This document shows, in pieces, positions 46,879-57,117 of a DNA stretch of 64,000 bases. Made by a program: the position numbers and the translations under genes. Position 1 is the first letter of the stretch, and the number at the start of each line of letters is the position of its first letter. The stretch comes from a virus. Lineage: Duplodnaviria > Caudoviricetes. Under the pieces are notes generated by a model that saw nothing but the letters and a program-made list of their open reading frames with translations, was not told where the DNA came from and searched no databases. The stretch is from IMG/VR virus record IMGVR_UViG_3300033073_001332, positions 32,001 to 96,000 of that record, one strand, 5' to 3'.

Positions 46879-46894
46879 ATCAATAAATATTTTA

Positions 46895-47647
46895 TTATTG
46901 ATTATGTATTTTTCTTAAAGTATCTAAATATAATGTTTTATATTTTTTTAGATATGACCTTATTTCTTTTGTGTTAAGGTTAGTCATTTCTCTTAAGGTT
47001 AGTAATACAATATTTTTATTGAATTTATTATTGTCGTTACCTATAAAAATATTCCCATAATCCTCAAAAAGTTCAATTAAAGCGTACCCTAACTTACTTT
47101 CATTATCTTGTAGGTCTGTATCGTTTACATATTTTTTCAAATCGTTTAAAAAAACGTCTATAATCTTTTCAGCATCTATTTTTTCAAACTCTAAATAATA
47201 GACCATATCCGGTCTATTTTCTAATGTACCGGATATGTCCTCATATGAAATTTTTCTATTAGTTTCTTTTTGGTCTTTCAGAATTTGACCCATCAAGTAA
47301 TTTTTACAGATGGTACCAAAATAAGAATATGCTTTTTTATTTTTGGCAGGTTTAAACTTATCGACTTTAGTCATTAGGAAAGAATGGGTATCACTATGAA
47401 TATCATTATAATTCATATCCTTCCTATAAAGTTTATACCTTCTTATGATTGATTCAATCATCTTATCAAGAGGTTCTCTTAAAAATTGGTTATATATAAC
47501 TTCTTTTTCTTGTTTGGTGTCGGCTATTATATAAGCCTTTACCGCCTCTTCTTCACGTACATCGAAGTAATTATTTTTTTTTACTTTCTTTTCCGTCTTA
47601 TTCTCTTCGTAAGTAACTTCTAAAACAGTTCCTGACGATACAAACAT
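46895..47647 (-). CDS. Late-transcription sigma factor (T4 gp55-like)
   Basis: KVDKFKPAKNKKAYSYFGTICKNYLMGQI resembles sigma region 2 of gp55-type factors. Confidence 0.7.
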   Translation of the reverse strand: MFVSSGTVLEVTYEENKTEKKVKKNNYFDVREEEAVKAYIIADTKQEKEVIYNQFLREPLDKMIESIIRRYKLYRKDMNYNDIHSDTHSFLMTKVDKFKPAKNKKAYSYFGTICKNYLMGQILKDQKETNRKISYEDISGTLENRPDMVYYLEFEKIDAEKIIDVFLNDLKKYVNDTDLQDNESKLGYALIELFEDYGNIFIGNDNNKFNKNIVLLTLREMTNLNTKEIRSYLKKYKTLYLDTLRKIHNQ

Positions 47648-48453
47648 TATATTTCCTGTGGTTCATATTTTATATTTCTATCTGATGTGAAAAAATGTTC
47701 TTTTTTCGCGGCTTCAATCCAAAAAGTAACCTCATCATCTGAAATTTTATTCTGACCATTTTTGTAATTCCAGAATATTGAACCTTCTCTTAGGTTCATG
47801 TGTTTGTAACCTATTCTAGGAATAGTCATGATTTGTGCTGAGTTATAAGTCAATCTTAATAAAAATTCATATACAAACGTAAGTTTGAATGATGGTTTAA
47901 ATCCTCCATTATCTTGGTATGTTGATTTTTTCACAACCATTCCACTTGTTTGGAAGTTTTGATAATTCATCAAAACGTCATTAGTTAAATAACCAATTTC
48001 AGAATTTAAACTGGCTGCAAATGTTGCTTCATTTGTAAATCCAACAAACATACCTTTTTCGTCAGTATCGACAACTAATGGTAAGAATGCATCTACTTCA
48101 GGATAAGCGTTAATAAATCTTTTTACATTTTTAAACCAAATTGTAGAGTACTCATCATCAAATTCTAAAACACTAATCCATTCCTCTTTTGAGTTTTCAA
48201 CACCAAGATTGACTTGTGAACAAAAATCAACTTTACCTTTATTTTCCACAAAGTTCATAGTAAGACCACTATAATCGAATGCCTCTAACAAAGTTTTTAG
48301 ACCATCTTCATCTGAATGTACCACAATAACTTCTGAAGGTTTTGTATCCTGAATTTGTAAGGATTTAATTGCTCTTTCATAAAACAAATCGAAATCTTTT
48401 TGTTTCGATGAGTTAATCGGGATAATTACCGATACGTTTAAATTATTTTCCAT
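47647..48453 (-). CDS. GT2-family glycosyltransferase
   Basis: VSVIIP, NLGV, LEFDDEY, EFLLR. Confidence 0.8.
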   Translation of the reverse strand: MENNLNVSVIIPINSSKQKDFDLFYERAIKSLQIQDTKPSEVIVVHSDEDGLKTLLEAFDYSGLTMNFVENKGKVDFCSQVNLGVENSKEEWISVLEFDDEYSTIWFKNVKRFINAYPEVDAFLPLVVDTDEKGMFVGFTNEATFAASLNSEIGYLTNDVLMNYQNFQTSGMVVKKSTYQDNGGFKPSFKLTFVYEFLLRLTYNSAQIMTIPRIGYKHMNLREGSIFWNYKNGQNKISDDEVTFWIEAAKKEHFFTSDRNIKYEPQEI

Positions 48454-48457
48454 AATA

Positions 48458-49525
48458 TTATCTTGTTTCTTCTGTTACGTTTAGTTTATTTAGTTGTTCT
48501 TTAAATACCTCTTTTCGTGTTGTAAAATATTCATTGAATAATTCTAAAACTGAAGATTCAAATTTAGATTTATCTGAGTAAGATGATGACGTTTTTTCCA
48601 TCCCTTCGTATAAACTTTCAGAAATATTATCCTCTAACCAATTTTGAATGAAATTTGCAATAACATCTACAATATCATTAAATTGATTTAACCAAATACC
48701 ATTTTCTTCTGTTATCCATTCTGGTACCATGTTAGGAATTTTACCTAAAACAGGAGTACCGACTAACATAGATTCTAATGGGTATGTACCAAATGATGAT
48801 TCATTATCAACCCACACACTCAAAAATGATTCTTTTAAGAATTTAGAAAAATCATTCATGTTAATACCTCTCATATCTCTAAAGGTAATCCATCTATATT
48901 GTGGATACTTTAGATAAAAAGTTTTAATAATTTTAGCTGTATCTCTTTGGTCGCGAGTATGAATAGAAATAATTGGTTTTGAAGGTTTATCTTTTTTAGA
49001 AAAAACTTCAGAAATGTAAGGTGTTAATACATCAACACTAACATTTTTCATTACTTCTGAAATATATTTTTTCTGATTTTCAGACGTTGTAATACATTTG
49101 AAAAATCCAAGTTGTGTCCATGTAACACCAGGTGCTAATGTTTCTAACATATGGTCATATGCTTGACACAATACTATTTTACCACATGGTAAGTTTTTAA
49201 TTTGTTCCATAACATGACCATAAAGTTCAGGTAATACGATTATATCTTCAGGTGAAATTGCTAAATTTTGACCATCGATACATTGATGAGGTAATTCCAT
49301 ATAACTTTCGTTTAACCAAGATGAAACACCTTCATACTCTTTTGTTTCGTGGATAATGATTGGGTTATAACCTGAATTTTTCAAGGTTAATGCCATATCA
49401 TAAATGTATTTTATGGATGCTTTTGGGTTACCTTTAGTATCCTGTACTAAAAAATAAATTCTTGCAGTTTTTTCTTCTAAGTTTTTAATCGAACCTTCAA
49501 TTTTTGTAATTTTATCTAATTCCAT
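48458..49525 (-). CDS. GT4-like glycosyltransferase
   Basis: DIIVLPE; SSFGTYPLESMLVGTPV. Confidence 0.75.
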   Translation of the reverse strand: MELDKITKIEGSIKNLEEKTARIYFLVQDTKGNPKASIKYIYDMALTLKNSGYNPIIIHETKEYEGVSSWLNESYMELPHQCIDGQNLAISPEDIIVLPELYGHVMEQIKNLPCGKIVLCQAYDHMLETLAPGVTWTQLGFFKCITTSENQKKYISEVMKNVSVDVLTPYISEVFSKKDKPSKPIISIHTRDQRDTAKIIKTFYLKYPQYRWITFRDMRGINMNDFSKFLKESFLSVWVDNESSFGTYPLESMLVGTPVLGKIPNMVPEWITEENGIWLNQFNDIVDVIANFIQNWLEDNISESLYEGMEKTSSSYSDKSKFESSVLELFNEYFTTRKEVFKEQLNKLNVTEETR

Positions 49526-49528
49526 TTT

Positions 49529-49810
49529 TTATAGTTTTTTGATTATTTTATTTAATAATAGAGTATTAAAAGAAATTTTGAATGGTATTGATAAATCTTT
49601 TGCGGAGTGCATACCAAGTGATTCATCAACACCTTCTCTTTCAGTTAATACAACATCCAATAATAACTTAAATGTTTCATATCTAGTAACACTTATTTGT
49701 TCGTTTTCAGTTTCCCCCGATGGGACAACAATTTTAGATTTTAATAGACTTACTTGAGTCTCTAACTCATCTACATCTATGTAGTAATTTTCATTTAAAA
49801 AAGGAATCAT
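49529..49810 (-). CDS. Hypothetical protein
   Basis: 93-aa ORF in operon. Confidence 0.65.
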   Translation of the reverse strand: MIPFLNENYYIDVDELETQVSLLKSKIVVPSGETENEQISVTRYETFKLLLDVVLTEREGVDESLGMHSAKDLSIPFKISFNTLLLNKIIKKL

Positions 49811-50460
49811 AATATAATATCATTTATTAATTTATCTAACTCACCCAATTGTGTTATTTTGTAATTATGATTCATAGTATCATTATATGGTGTAACATAT
49901 TGAACTACAATTTTTTCAGATGGATGTTCGTTTATTAGGTTTGGGTTTGCTGTTAATAAAATATCAACACTATCCCACATATCGTTTATAGTTGCATTAG
50001 AGTAAAACTTTATATTTTCAATTAAACAACCAAATTTAGAAAGGAAAAATAATGTAGCTGGTTTTGACCTACCTATCTCGTCTGATATAATATAAATCTC
50101 AAACTTTTCTCTGTTAGATATGTAAAACTCATTCAACTCATTAAATGAATAAGTTTCTGTTGAACCAGCGTGTCCAAACAATTGCATTGGGAAATCTTCA
50201 AACATGAAGTCATATAGTTCGTCATCGGATTTGAATGTAAAATGGTTTTTTAAATCAAAACTATTAATTGGTTCTATAATTTCATATTTAAAATCCTCCA
50301 CTTTTTCCTCCAAACTGGTATTACCTGAAATGTCAATTTTGAAAGTTTGGTTTGAGTTTTCTGATTCGTAATTTTCAATCATATGTTTTTCATATAATTG
50401 TTTAAATTTACCAAACGTATCCCTTAAGACCCCATTAACTTCAATCCCTATTCTCTTCAT
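49807..50460 (-). CDS. HAD/5'(3')-deoxyribonucleotidase-like protein with degenerate catalytic motif
   Basis: RIGIEVNGVLRD in place of RIxIDxDGVLxD; TPYN near the C-terminus. Confidence 0.55.
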   Translation of the reverse strand: MKRIGIEVNGVLRDTFGKFKQLYEKHMIENYESENSNQTFKIDISGNTSLEEKVEDFKYEIIEPINSFDLKNHFTFKSDDELYDFMFEDFPMQLFGHAGSTETYSFNELNEFYISNREKFEIYIISDEIGRSKPATLFFLSKFGCLIENIKFYSNATINDMWDSVDILLTANPNLINEHPSEKIVVQYVTPYNDTMNHNYKITQLGELDKLINDIIL

Positions 50461-51178
50461 CGTATTTTTGTAAAATTTTACTAATTAATGGATTTCTTAC
50501 GTTTTTAGCATTTCTGAAATCATATATACCAACATCAGGAATATTATTAAACCTTTGTAAGGCATCATATAATCCTGATTGTTTTTTATCTTTATATCTG
50601 TCAGTTTGCTCTAAGTCTCCTGATATGAAGAATTTACTATTGAATCCGATTCTTGTCAATAGTAATTTCATTTGGTTTGGAGTTGCGTTTTGACCCTCCT
50701 CAAATATTAATATCGAGTTGTCAATATTCATACCCCTCATATAAGCCAATGCAAATACCTCAATAATTTCAGCTTCTTTTAATTTTTCTCTAGCCTCTTT
50801 ACCTATAATTTTATTTAATAGATAATAAGACGGGAAAATATATGGGTCTAATTTTTCTTCTAAATTCCCTGGTAAAGAACCAAGTTTTTCTTCAGCTTCA
50901 ACTGCTGGTCTAACAATAATTAATTTTTCATAAGCATTATTAGGGTCCATTAATAAATCAACCGCAGCCTTCATTGAAATATAACTTTTACCAACACCTG
51001 CGGGACCCGAACATATTGTTATCTGATTAGAAACTAAAGTATCGTAATACTCTTTTTGATTATCAGATAAAAACTTGCTTTTTTGTTTTCTTTTAATTAC
51101 CGAATTAATAAAATCTTTTCTCGATATTGTCTTCGGTATTACCGGCTCCTCCGATTGTGCTACTTTCCTTCTTGTCAT
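50441..51178 (-). CDS. phoH: PhoH-family ATPase
   Basis: GPAGVGKS, RPAVEA, LGSLPG, YMRG, EEGQN, SGDLEQTD. Confidence 0.93.
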   Translation of the reverse strand: MTRRKVAQSEEPVIPKTISRKDFINSVIKRKQKSKFLSDNQKEYYDTLVSNQITICSGPAGVGKSYISMKAAVDLLMDPNNAYEKLIIVRPAVEAEEKLGSLPGNLEEKLDPYIFPSYYLLNKIIGKEAREKLKEAEIIEVFALAYMRGMNIDNSILIFEEGQNATPNQMKLLLTRIGFNSKFFISGDLEQTDRYKDKKQSGLYDALQRFNNIPDVGIYDFRNAKNVRNPLISKILQKYDEENRD

Positions 51179-51186
51179 TTAATGAA

Positions 51187-52164
51187 TTATTTATTTTTAT
51201 AGAAATCCAACCAATATTCAATCATTTCATCTAACATAGATTCAAACGTATATTTAGGTTCCCATCCTAAGTTATATTTTAGTTTTGAAGAATCACCTTT
51301 TAAGTCATGTAACTCTTCAGGTCTAAAATGTTTTTCATCTATTATAATATAATCATAATAGTTTAAACCTAATTTTGAAAATGTGTATTCACATAAATCT
51401 TTTACTGAGTGTGATATTCCAGTTGCACATACATAATCATCTGGTGTGTCTGTTTGTAACATTAACCACATGGCTTCAACATAATCTTTTGCGTGTCCCC
51501 AATCTCTTGTTGCATCTAAATTACCGATATGTAATTTATCTTGTAATCCCAAACTAATTCTAACCGCCGCCTTTACAACCTTATTGGTTACGAAATTTGT
51601 TCCTCGTCTTGGTGATTCATGGTTAAATAAAATACCATTCCATATTTTCATTCCATATGAGTTACGATAGTTTCTACAAATGTTATATGAAAAAACTTTA
51701 GCACATCCATATGGTGATACAGGATTCATTGGGGTGGATTCTCTTTGAAATCCATCCTCATCAATTGTATTACCAAACATCTCAGAAGATGATGCTTGAT
51801 ATATTTTAATGTCTTTATTTAGTAACTTAACCGCTTCTAATAAATTTAAAGTTCCTAAACCTGTAACATTTGCTGTGTAAATAGGTTGGTCAAATGAAAT
51901 TCTAACATGGGATTGTGCTGCTAAATTATAAATTTCAATAGGTTCAATTTCTTGTATTACTCGAGTTAATGATGATAAATCTGTTAAATCTGCGTAATGC
52001 AATTTTAATTTATCAAAAACAGAATCAATTCTACTTGTTTGATTTTCAGACACTGAGTTTCTTTTCAAAGTTCCATGAACTTCATAACCTTTTTCTAAAA
52101 GGAATTCTGCGAGATATGAACCATCTTGTCCATTAATCCCTGTTATAAGTGCTACTTTCTTCAT
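51187..52164 (-). CDS. gmd: GDP-mannose 4,6-dehydratase
   Basis: ALITGINGQDGSYLAE, NLAAQSHV, YQASSSE, SPYGCAK, LFNHESPRRG. Confidence 0.96.
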   Translation of the reverse strand: MKKVALITGINGQDGSYLAEFLLEKGYEVHGTLKRNSVSENQTSRIDSVFDKLKLHYADLTDLSSLTRVIQEIEPIEIYNLAAQSHVRISFDQPIYTANVTGLGTLNLLEAVKLLNKDIKIYQASSSEMFGNTIDEDGFQRESTPMNPVSPYGCAKVFSYNICRNYRNSYGMKIWNGILFNHESPRRGTNFVTNKVVKAAVRISLGLQDKLHIGNLDATRDWGHAKDYVEAMWLMLQTDTPDDYVCATGISHSVKDLCEYTFSKLGLNYYDYIIIDEKHFRPEELHDLKGDSSKLKYNLGWEPKYTFESMLDEMIEYWLDFYKNK

Positions 52165-53309
52165 TCGTTAATTATTGATACAATAGTTTGAATTTCATCT
52201 AAAGTCAATCCTTGATGATTAGGGATATAAAATCCATATTGGTTAATTAATTCGCAGTTTTTTAATGATACTTCCCCGTATTTTTTTACCCACATCGGTT
52301 TTTTAGACATATCACCAGCAATGAGAGGTCTGACTTCTATATTTTTAGACATCAATTTATTAACAATCATGTCCCTGTTTTCGTCAACTATCGGATATGC
52401 GAAATTTGAAACAAAATCACCTTCTTTTTGGTTAACATTAATTTTGTTATTTTTGATTAGGTTTTTATAATGATTAAAGTTTAGGTTTCTTTTTTCACCA
52501 TAACCATCAAGTTTATCTATTGCCATTAGTCCAATAAAGGCTTGTAAATCAGTTGCTCTCAAATTAAAACCAGGTAAATAGAAGGTATATAATGAATCAA
52601 ACTCACTTACTTTATTTTCATTTCTAAGTTTATTTTGAATGTGTTTTGGTAAGTCTCTATCCCACCCATGACTTCTCATCATCAAAAGTGAGTAATAGAA
52701 ATCTTTATCATTAGTATTAATGAATCCACCTTCAATTGTACTTAAATGATGACCAAAATACATTGAGAAAAATGATGCAAACCCAAAAGAGCCGAGATAT
52801 TGTTCTTGGTATTTTGACCCCATACTTTCACAAACATCTTCTAATAATATTACATTATACTTTTCACAAAGTTCAACAACTTTTTCCATGTTGGGAACTA
52901 ACCCTAATGGTGAAACAAGTATCATACATGATGGGTCATGATTTTTAAATAACTCCTCTAAATGATTTAAATCACATGACAAATCTTCTAAATTACAATC
53001 ACAGAGAATTGGTTCCATACCTAACAACATAGGTGAGCTAACATCAGTTGCCCAACTTAATCCTGGTACAACAATTTTATTATTTCTTAATTTGTCAGTG
53101 TGAAGTAAAGCCGCAAGTGCAAGTAAAATTGCTGAAGACCCTGAGTTTACGTAAACAGAATATTTTGTTCCAATCTTTTCAGCCCATTTTGATTCTAACT
53201 CCCAAGTTAAATTCCCTTTTGTTAATCTAGGAATTTCATCTTGTCCTAACCATTCGATTAATTTATTAATGTCGTTTTTATCTATTGTGTCTTTAACTAA
53301 CTTTATCAT
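52161..53309 (-). CDS. colD: DegT/DnrJ PLP enzyme, ColD-like GDP-4-keto-6-deoxymannose 3-dehydratase
   Basis: VNSGSSA, LEDVCES, FGHHLSTIEGG (His at the usual Schiff-base Lys position), RSHGWDR. Confidence 0.78.
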   Translation of the reverse strand: MIKLVKDTIDKNDINKLIEWLGQDEIPRLTKGNLTWELESKWAEKIGTKYSVYVNSGSSAILLALAALLHTDKLRNNKIVVPGLSWATDVSSPMLLGMEPILCDCNLEDLSCDLNHLEELFKNHDPSCMILVSPLGLVPNMEKVVELCEKYNVILLEDVCESMGSKYQEQYLGSFGFASFFSMYFGHHLSTIEGGFINTNDKDFYYSLLMMRSHGWDRDLPKHIQNKLRNENKVSEFDSLYTFYLPGFNLRATDLQAFIGLMAIDKLDGYGEKRNLNFNHYKNLIKNNKINVNQKEGDFVSNFAYPIVDENRDMIVNKLMSKNIEVRPLIAGDMSKKPMWVKKYGEVSLKNCELINQYGFYIPNHQGLTLDEIQTIVSIINE

Positions 53310-54210
53310 AATACGTTTCGTAAACTATTTTTATACCATCACTAAGTGGTGTGAATTTAAAATCCGGAAATAAACCCTTGAACTTATCTATTGATACATC
53401 TTTTCTGAACTGACCATTAGGTTTTTCTTTGTCCCATAAAATCTTTATGTTTTTATTATCTGTAACATCAAGTGCGATTTCTGCCATTTGTCTAATTGAA
53501 AGATTTTCTTCCGTAGCTACATTAAAACTATCTGTAATATTATTTTCAATAGTTTGTTTTATTATTTCTGCAAAATCACCAGCATACATAAATTGTCTTA
53601 ATGGTGTGCCATCACCATATAATGTAATATTATCTAATCCATTTTTCTTTGATTCATGTATCTTTTTAATCAAAGATGTTAAAAAATGACTTTTATTCTC
53701 ATCGTCTTTATCTTCAATACCATAAAGATTACATGGTATTAAATACTGGTAGTCTAATTTATATTGTTGGTTATAAGCATCAATCTGTGCTCCCATTGAA
53801 CGTTTTGAATACCCATATGAAAAATTTGTTATGGTTGGGGGTCCTTCGTGTAACATCGACTCATCCATTGGGTAATGTTTAGCAACATCAGGGTAAATAC
53901 AAGTACTTAAAATACCTATAAATTTTTTAACTTTAAAAACCCTCGAATATTCCACCATTAAAGTGTTCATCAATACATTTTGAGTAAAGTATTCTGCGGG
54001 GTGGTTGAGGTTATCGATTATACCTCCAACTCTTGCTGCTAGATGTACAACAACTTCTGGTTTATGTTTTAAAAACATTCTTTTTACACCATCTTCACTA
54101 GTTAAATCATAATCTTTTGATGATATATAGATAGCGTCAGGTAATATCTTTTTAAGATACTTACCAACTAATCCTGACCCACCCGTCACTAATATTTTTT
54201 TATTTTCCAT
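53293..54210 (-). CDS. fcl: GDP-L-fucose/GDP-L-colitose synthase (Fcl/ColC)
   Basis: TGGSGLVG, HLAARVGGI, STCIYP, YGYSKR, PCNLYG, GTPLRQF. Confidence 0.88.
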   Translation of the reverse strand: MENKKILVTGGSGLVGKYLKKILPDAIYISSKDYDLTSEDGVKRMFLKHKPEVVVHLAARVGGIIDNLNHPAEYFTQNVLMNTLMVEYSRVFKVKKFIGILSTCIYPDVAKHYPMDESMLHEGPPTITNFSYGYSKRSMGAQIDAYNQQYKLDYQYLIPCNLYGIEDKDDENKSHFLTSLIKKIHESKKNGLDNITLYGDGTPLRQFMYAGDFAEIIKQTIENNITDSFNVATEENLSIRQMAEIALDVTDNKNIKILWDKEKPNGQFRKDVSIDKFKGLFPDFKFTPLSDGIKIVYETYYDKVS

Positions 54211-54212
54211 TG

Positions 54213-55076
54213 TTACAAAAATGAATTTGCGGAGTTTATTATTTCTTCAAATGTATTATCATGAATAAAATTTGCCTTTAAATGAACTTTTGTGGTTTCT
54301 TTAGGTAACCAATCAACAATCGACATTTTATTTCGACAGCTAGTCATATTTGTTAAAACCATATTTTTTTTCATACCACCAACCATTGGCCAAATACCAC
54401 TATCGGTTGATATGAAAACTTTACATTTGGATAATAAGTATAAATCATCATTTATTGTTTTATTTTCCACTTTGGTAAAATCAACTATATTTTCATGTAT
54501 AGGCATGGGAGTTTGATTTTTATCACCAATCCTATAAACTTTGTATCCTAAATTTGCATAATGTAACGCAATATTAAAAAACGTATTAATATCCACAAAC
54601 CTTGATGGTTCAGAATCGTTACCATCAATTCTTTTCCAAAATGTGTTTTTTTCTCTGAATTGTAGAACTATCGTATCACTTGGTATGTTGTGAACGTTAG
54701 AATAATTTTCTTCGTTAAATATTAATCTTGTTTCAGGTGATAATTTAAGGTCTTCCCACATACCGTTATATGTCAAACCGTGATGTGCATATGCGGATGG
54801 CATGTATATATCTTTAAATTCTTCCGTACCGTATAAATTATTATTTAATATATCACCGATATTTTGAATATTTAATCCATCAAAAATTTTTGGGAAGAAT
54901 TTAATATTATTTTCATTAATGTTTGGTATACATAACGCAAAATATTTTTGGAATTCGTGTTCCACATAAATTGTAGGATTATCGTCAGGATTTACATCCA
55001 AGTATTGAGCTAAACCATATACATGTTCGGCGGAATTTCCTAATGCGTCGTCATGTCTCCATATTCCATATTTCAT
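54213..55076 (-). CDS. Putative glycosyltransferase (TIGR04372-like, GT-B)
   Basis: ALGN, LQFRE, YRIGD, FISTDSG, TN motifs. Confidence 0.6.
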   Translation of the reverse strand: MKYGIWRHDDALGNSAEHVYGLAQYLDVNPDDNPTIYVEHEFQKYFALCIPNINENNIKFFPKIFDGLNIQNIGDILNNNLYGTEEFKDIYMPSAYAHHGLTYNGMWEDLKLSPETRLIFNEENYSNVHNIPSDTIVLQFREKNTFWKRIDGNDSEPSRFVDINTFFNIALHYANLGYKVYRIGDKNQTPMPIHENIVDFTKVENKTINDDLYLLSKCKVFISTDSGIWPMVGGMKKNMVLTNMTSCRNKMSIVDWLPKETTKVHLKANFIHDNTFEEIINSANSFL

Positions 55077-55714
55077 TGAGGCCAGTTTTTATAATGTTTA
55101 TAATTCATAGGGTCTGAATTTATTTTTTTGTTAACTAACAAAGAAATATACTTATCAATTCCGTGAACCAACATAGGTCTCTTTTCTTTAAACAGAGACT
55201 CTGATTTTTTTCTCAATGTCAATAACTCGTTATCATTATCAGTAGATGCCATAGCGTCTTCTAAATACCAATAACGAATATGTACTATACATAATTTGTC
55301 AATTAATTCAGAAAAAGTATCAGTAATGATATTATCATAATTTGGGAATTTATTCTTATTAAGTAGTAAGTTAACTTTATTTTCGATGTATGTATCTATG
55401 ATATTACCGATTGATTCCTCGTTAAAAAAATCCTTATCGTTCATTGCTTTGTCATCAACTACAATATCGTAATTAAGTTTTTTACCAACCCTTACTTCAT
55501 TATATTTAACTCCCCATTTTTCAAGTTGGGAAATGGTTAATTCTTGCCAATCTATTCCGGTGGTTGCACCTCTAGCGGTATCAATTATAATGTGATGACC
55601 CTCACTAAAAAGTTTATTTACCTTTTCAATTCTTTTCTCGTATGGTTTTGCTATTTCATAATTACCCTCTGTGTTTGTACATAAGGTACCATCTAAATCA
55701 AAGCAATATATCAT
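55073..55714 (-). CDS. HAD phosphatase (capsule-biosynthesis type) fused to DUF4254-like domain
   Basis: FDLDGTLC, TARG, GK...VDDKA; C-terminal LIDKLCIVHIRYWYLED. Confidence 0.75.
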   Translation of the reverse strand: MIYCFDLDGTLCTNTEGNYEIAKPYEKRIEKVNKLFSEGHHIIIDTARGATTGIDWQELTISQLEKWGVKYNEVRVGKKLNYDIVVDDKAMNDKDFFNEESIGNIIDTYIENKVNLLLNKNKFPNYDNIITDTFSELIDKLCIVHIRYWYLEDAMASTDNDNELLTLRKKSESLFKEKRPMLVHGIDKYISLLVNKKINSDPMNYKHYKNWPQ

Positions 55715-56534
55715 TTGTTTTTCTTAGTTTTTTAGCTATTGGTTTTTCTGTTTCATAAACCACCTTTATACCATCACCTAAGACGGTTTCCATTTTACGA
55801 ATACCTGAAACTAACTCAGAAACATGTTCGATAGATGCTGCTTGGTCTGAACCATACATTGTTCTATCTTTAGTAATATGAAATTCAACACACTCAGAAC
55901 CAAGAGCAACCGCACCATAACAAGGGATAAGCCCACTTGCGTGGTTTGAAAATCCAATTTTGTATTGTGGGTATTTTTGTTTTAATGTGGTGATATAATT
56001 TAAATTAATTTCTTCGTCTTTTGTTGGGTATGTACTGGTACATGCTAAAACATAATCAACATTATTTAATATATTTAAAGCTCCATCAATTTCCTCTTCT
56101 GTTGACATACCAGTTGAGACAATAATACGTTTACCCGTTTCGTTAAGTCTTTGTAAAAAAGATTTGTCAGTCAAAAGTGCTGACGCAACTTTATGATATT
56201 TTACATTTAAATTAGATTCAATTAAATCCACACTATTTAAATCCCAACAAGATACAATAAAGTCCAAGCCTAAATCATTTGAGAATGACTCTAGTTCTTT
56301 ATATTGTTCAATACTGAACTCAAGACCCATTTTTTGTTCACGGTTTGTTGTGCCCCACGGCGATTCTCTGTATGCGTCTAATTCTTCTTTAGTATAAACT
56401 AAATCAATATCACGTTTTTGAAATTTAACGGCATCACAACCACTTGATTTGGCGGTAACAATTAATTCTTTCGCCAAATTAAGGTCACCATTGTGGTTAA
56501 TACCGATTTCTGCAATTACATAAGTTTTTTTCAT
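55698..56534 (-). CDS. neuB: Nonulosonate (NeuB-family) synthase without C-terminal SAF domain
   Basis: IAEIGINHNGD, DAVKFQKR, STGMS, CTSTYP, GFSNH, EFHIT, GSDQ. Confidence 0.92.
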   Translation of the reverse strand: MKKTYVIAEIGINHNGDLNLAKELIVTAKSSGCDAVKFQKRDIDLVYTKEELDAYRESPWGTTNREQKMGLEFSIEQYKELESFSNDLGLDFIVSCWDLNSVDLIESNLNVKYHKVASALLTDKSFLQRLNETGKRIIVSTGMSTEEEIDGALNILNNVDYVLACTSTYPTKDEEINLNYITTLKQKYPQYKIGFSNHASGLIPCYGAVALGSECVEFHITKDRTMYGSDQAASIEHVSELVSGIRKMETVLGDGIKVVYETEKPIAKKLRKTNDILL

Positions 56535-56538
56535 TTTT

Positions 56539-57117
56539 TTATTTTTTAAACATTTTATTTTCTACGATTTCTAATATTGTGTGTCCAAGTAGAGTATGAC
56601 ATTCTTGTATTCTTGCCGTGTTATTTGATGGTATTATTAAACTAACATCTGAAATATCTTTCATTTCACCACCATCATTTCCTATAAATGAAATTACATA
56701 TGAGCCTTTAGATTTTGCAACATCAATCGCTTTAATAACATTTTTAGATTTACCTGATGTTGAAAAACAAATTAAAATATCACCTTCTTTAACTGATGAT
56801 TTTATTTCACGATAAAAGATGTCTGAGTAAGAATAGTCATTTCCTACTGCAGTCAAATAAGAAACGTTGGAGGCCAATAAAACAACCTCTAACGGTTCCC
56901 TATCAAAGTAAAAACGACCACTTAATTCTGCTGATAAATGTTGAGCATCTGCAAAACTACCACCATTACCACAAAAGAATACTTTATTACCTCTATTATA
57001 ACATTCTATAATTTTTTCAGCAATTATATTTGAGTTATTTATAATAACCTCATCATTCAAAAGTTTAGTTTTTAATTCAATAGACTCTTGAATGTTTTTT
57101 ATAATCATTTCTACCAT
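56539..57117 (-). CDS. gmhA: Sedoheptulose-7-phosphate isomerase
   Basis: CGNGGSFADAQH, GNDY, STSGKS.N, TARIQECH; start probably MVEM at 57117. Confidence 0.9.
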   Translation of the reverse strand: MVEMIIKNIQESIELKTKLLNDEVIINNSNIIAEKIIECYNRGNKVFFCGNGGSFADAQHLSAELSGRFYFDREPLEVVLLASNVSYLTAVGNDYSYSDIFYREIKSSVKEGDILICFSTSGKSKNVIKAIDVAKSKGSYVISFIGNDGGEMKDISDVSLIIPSNNTARIQECHTLLGHTILEIVENKMFKK

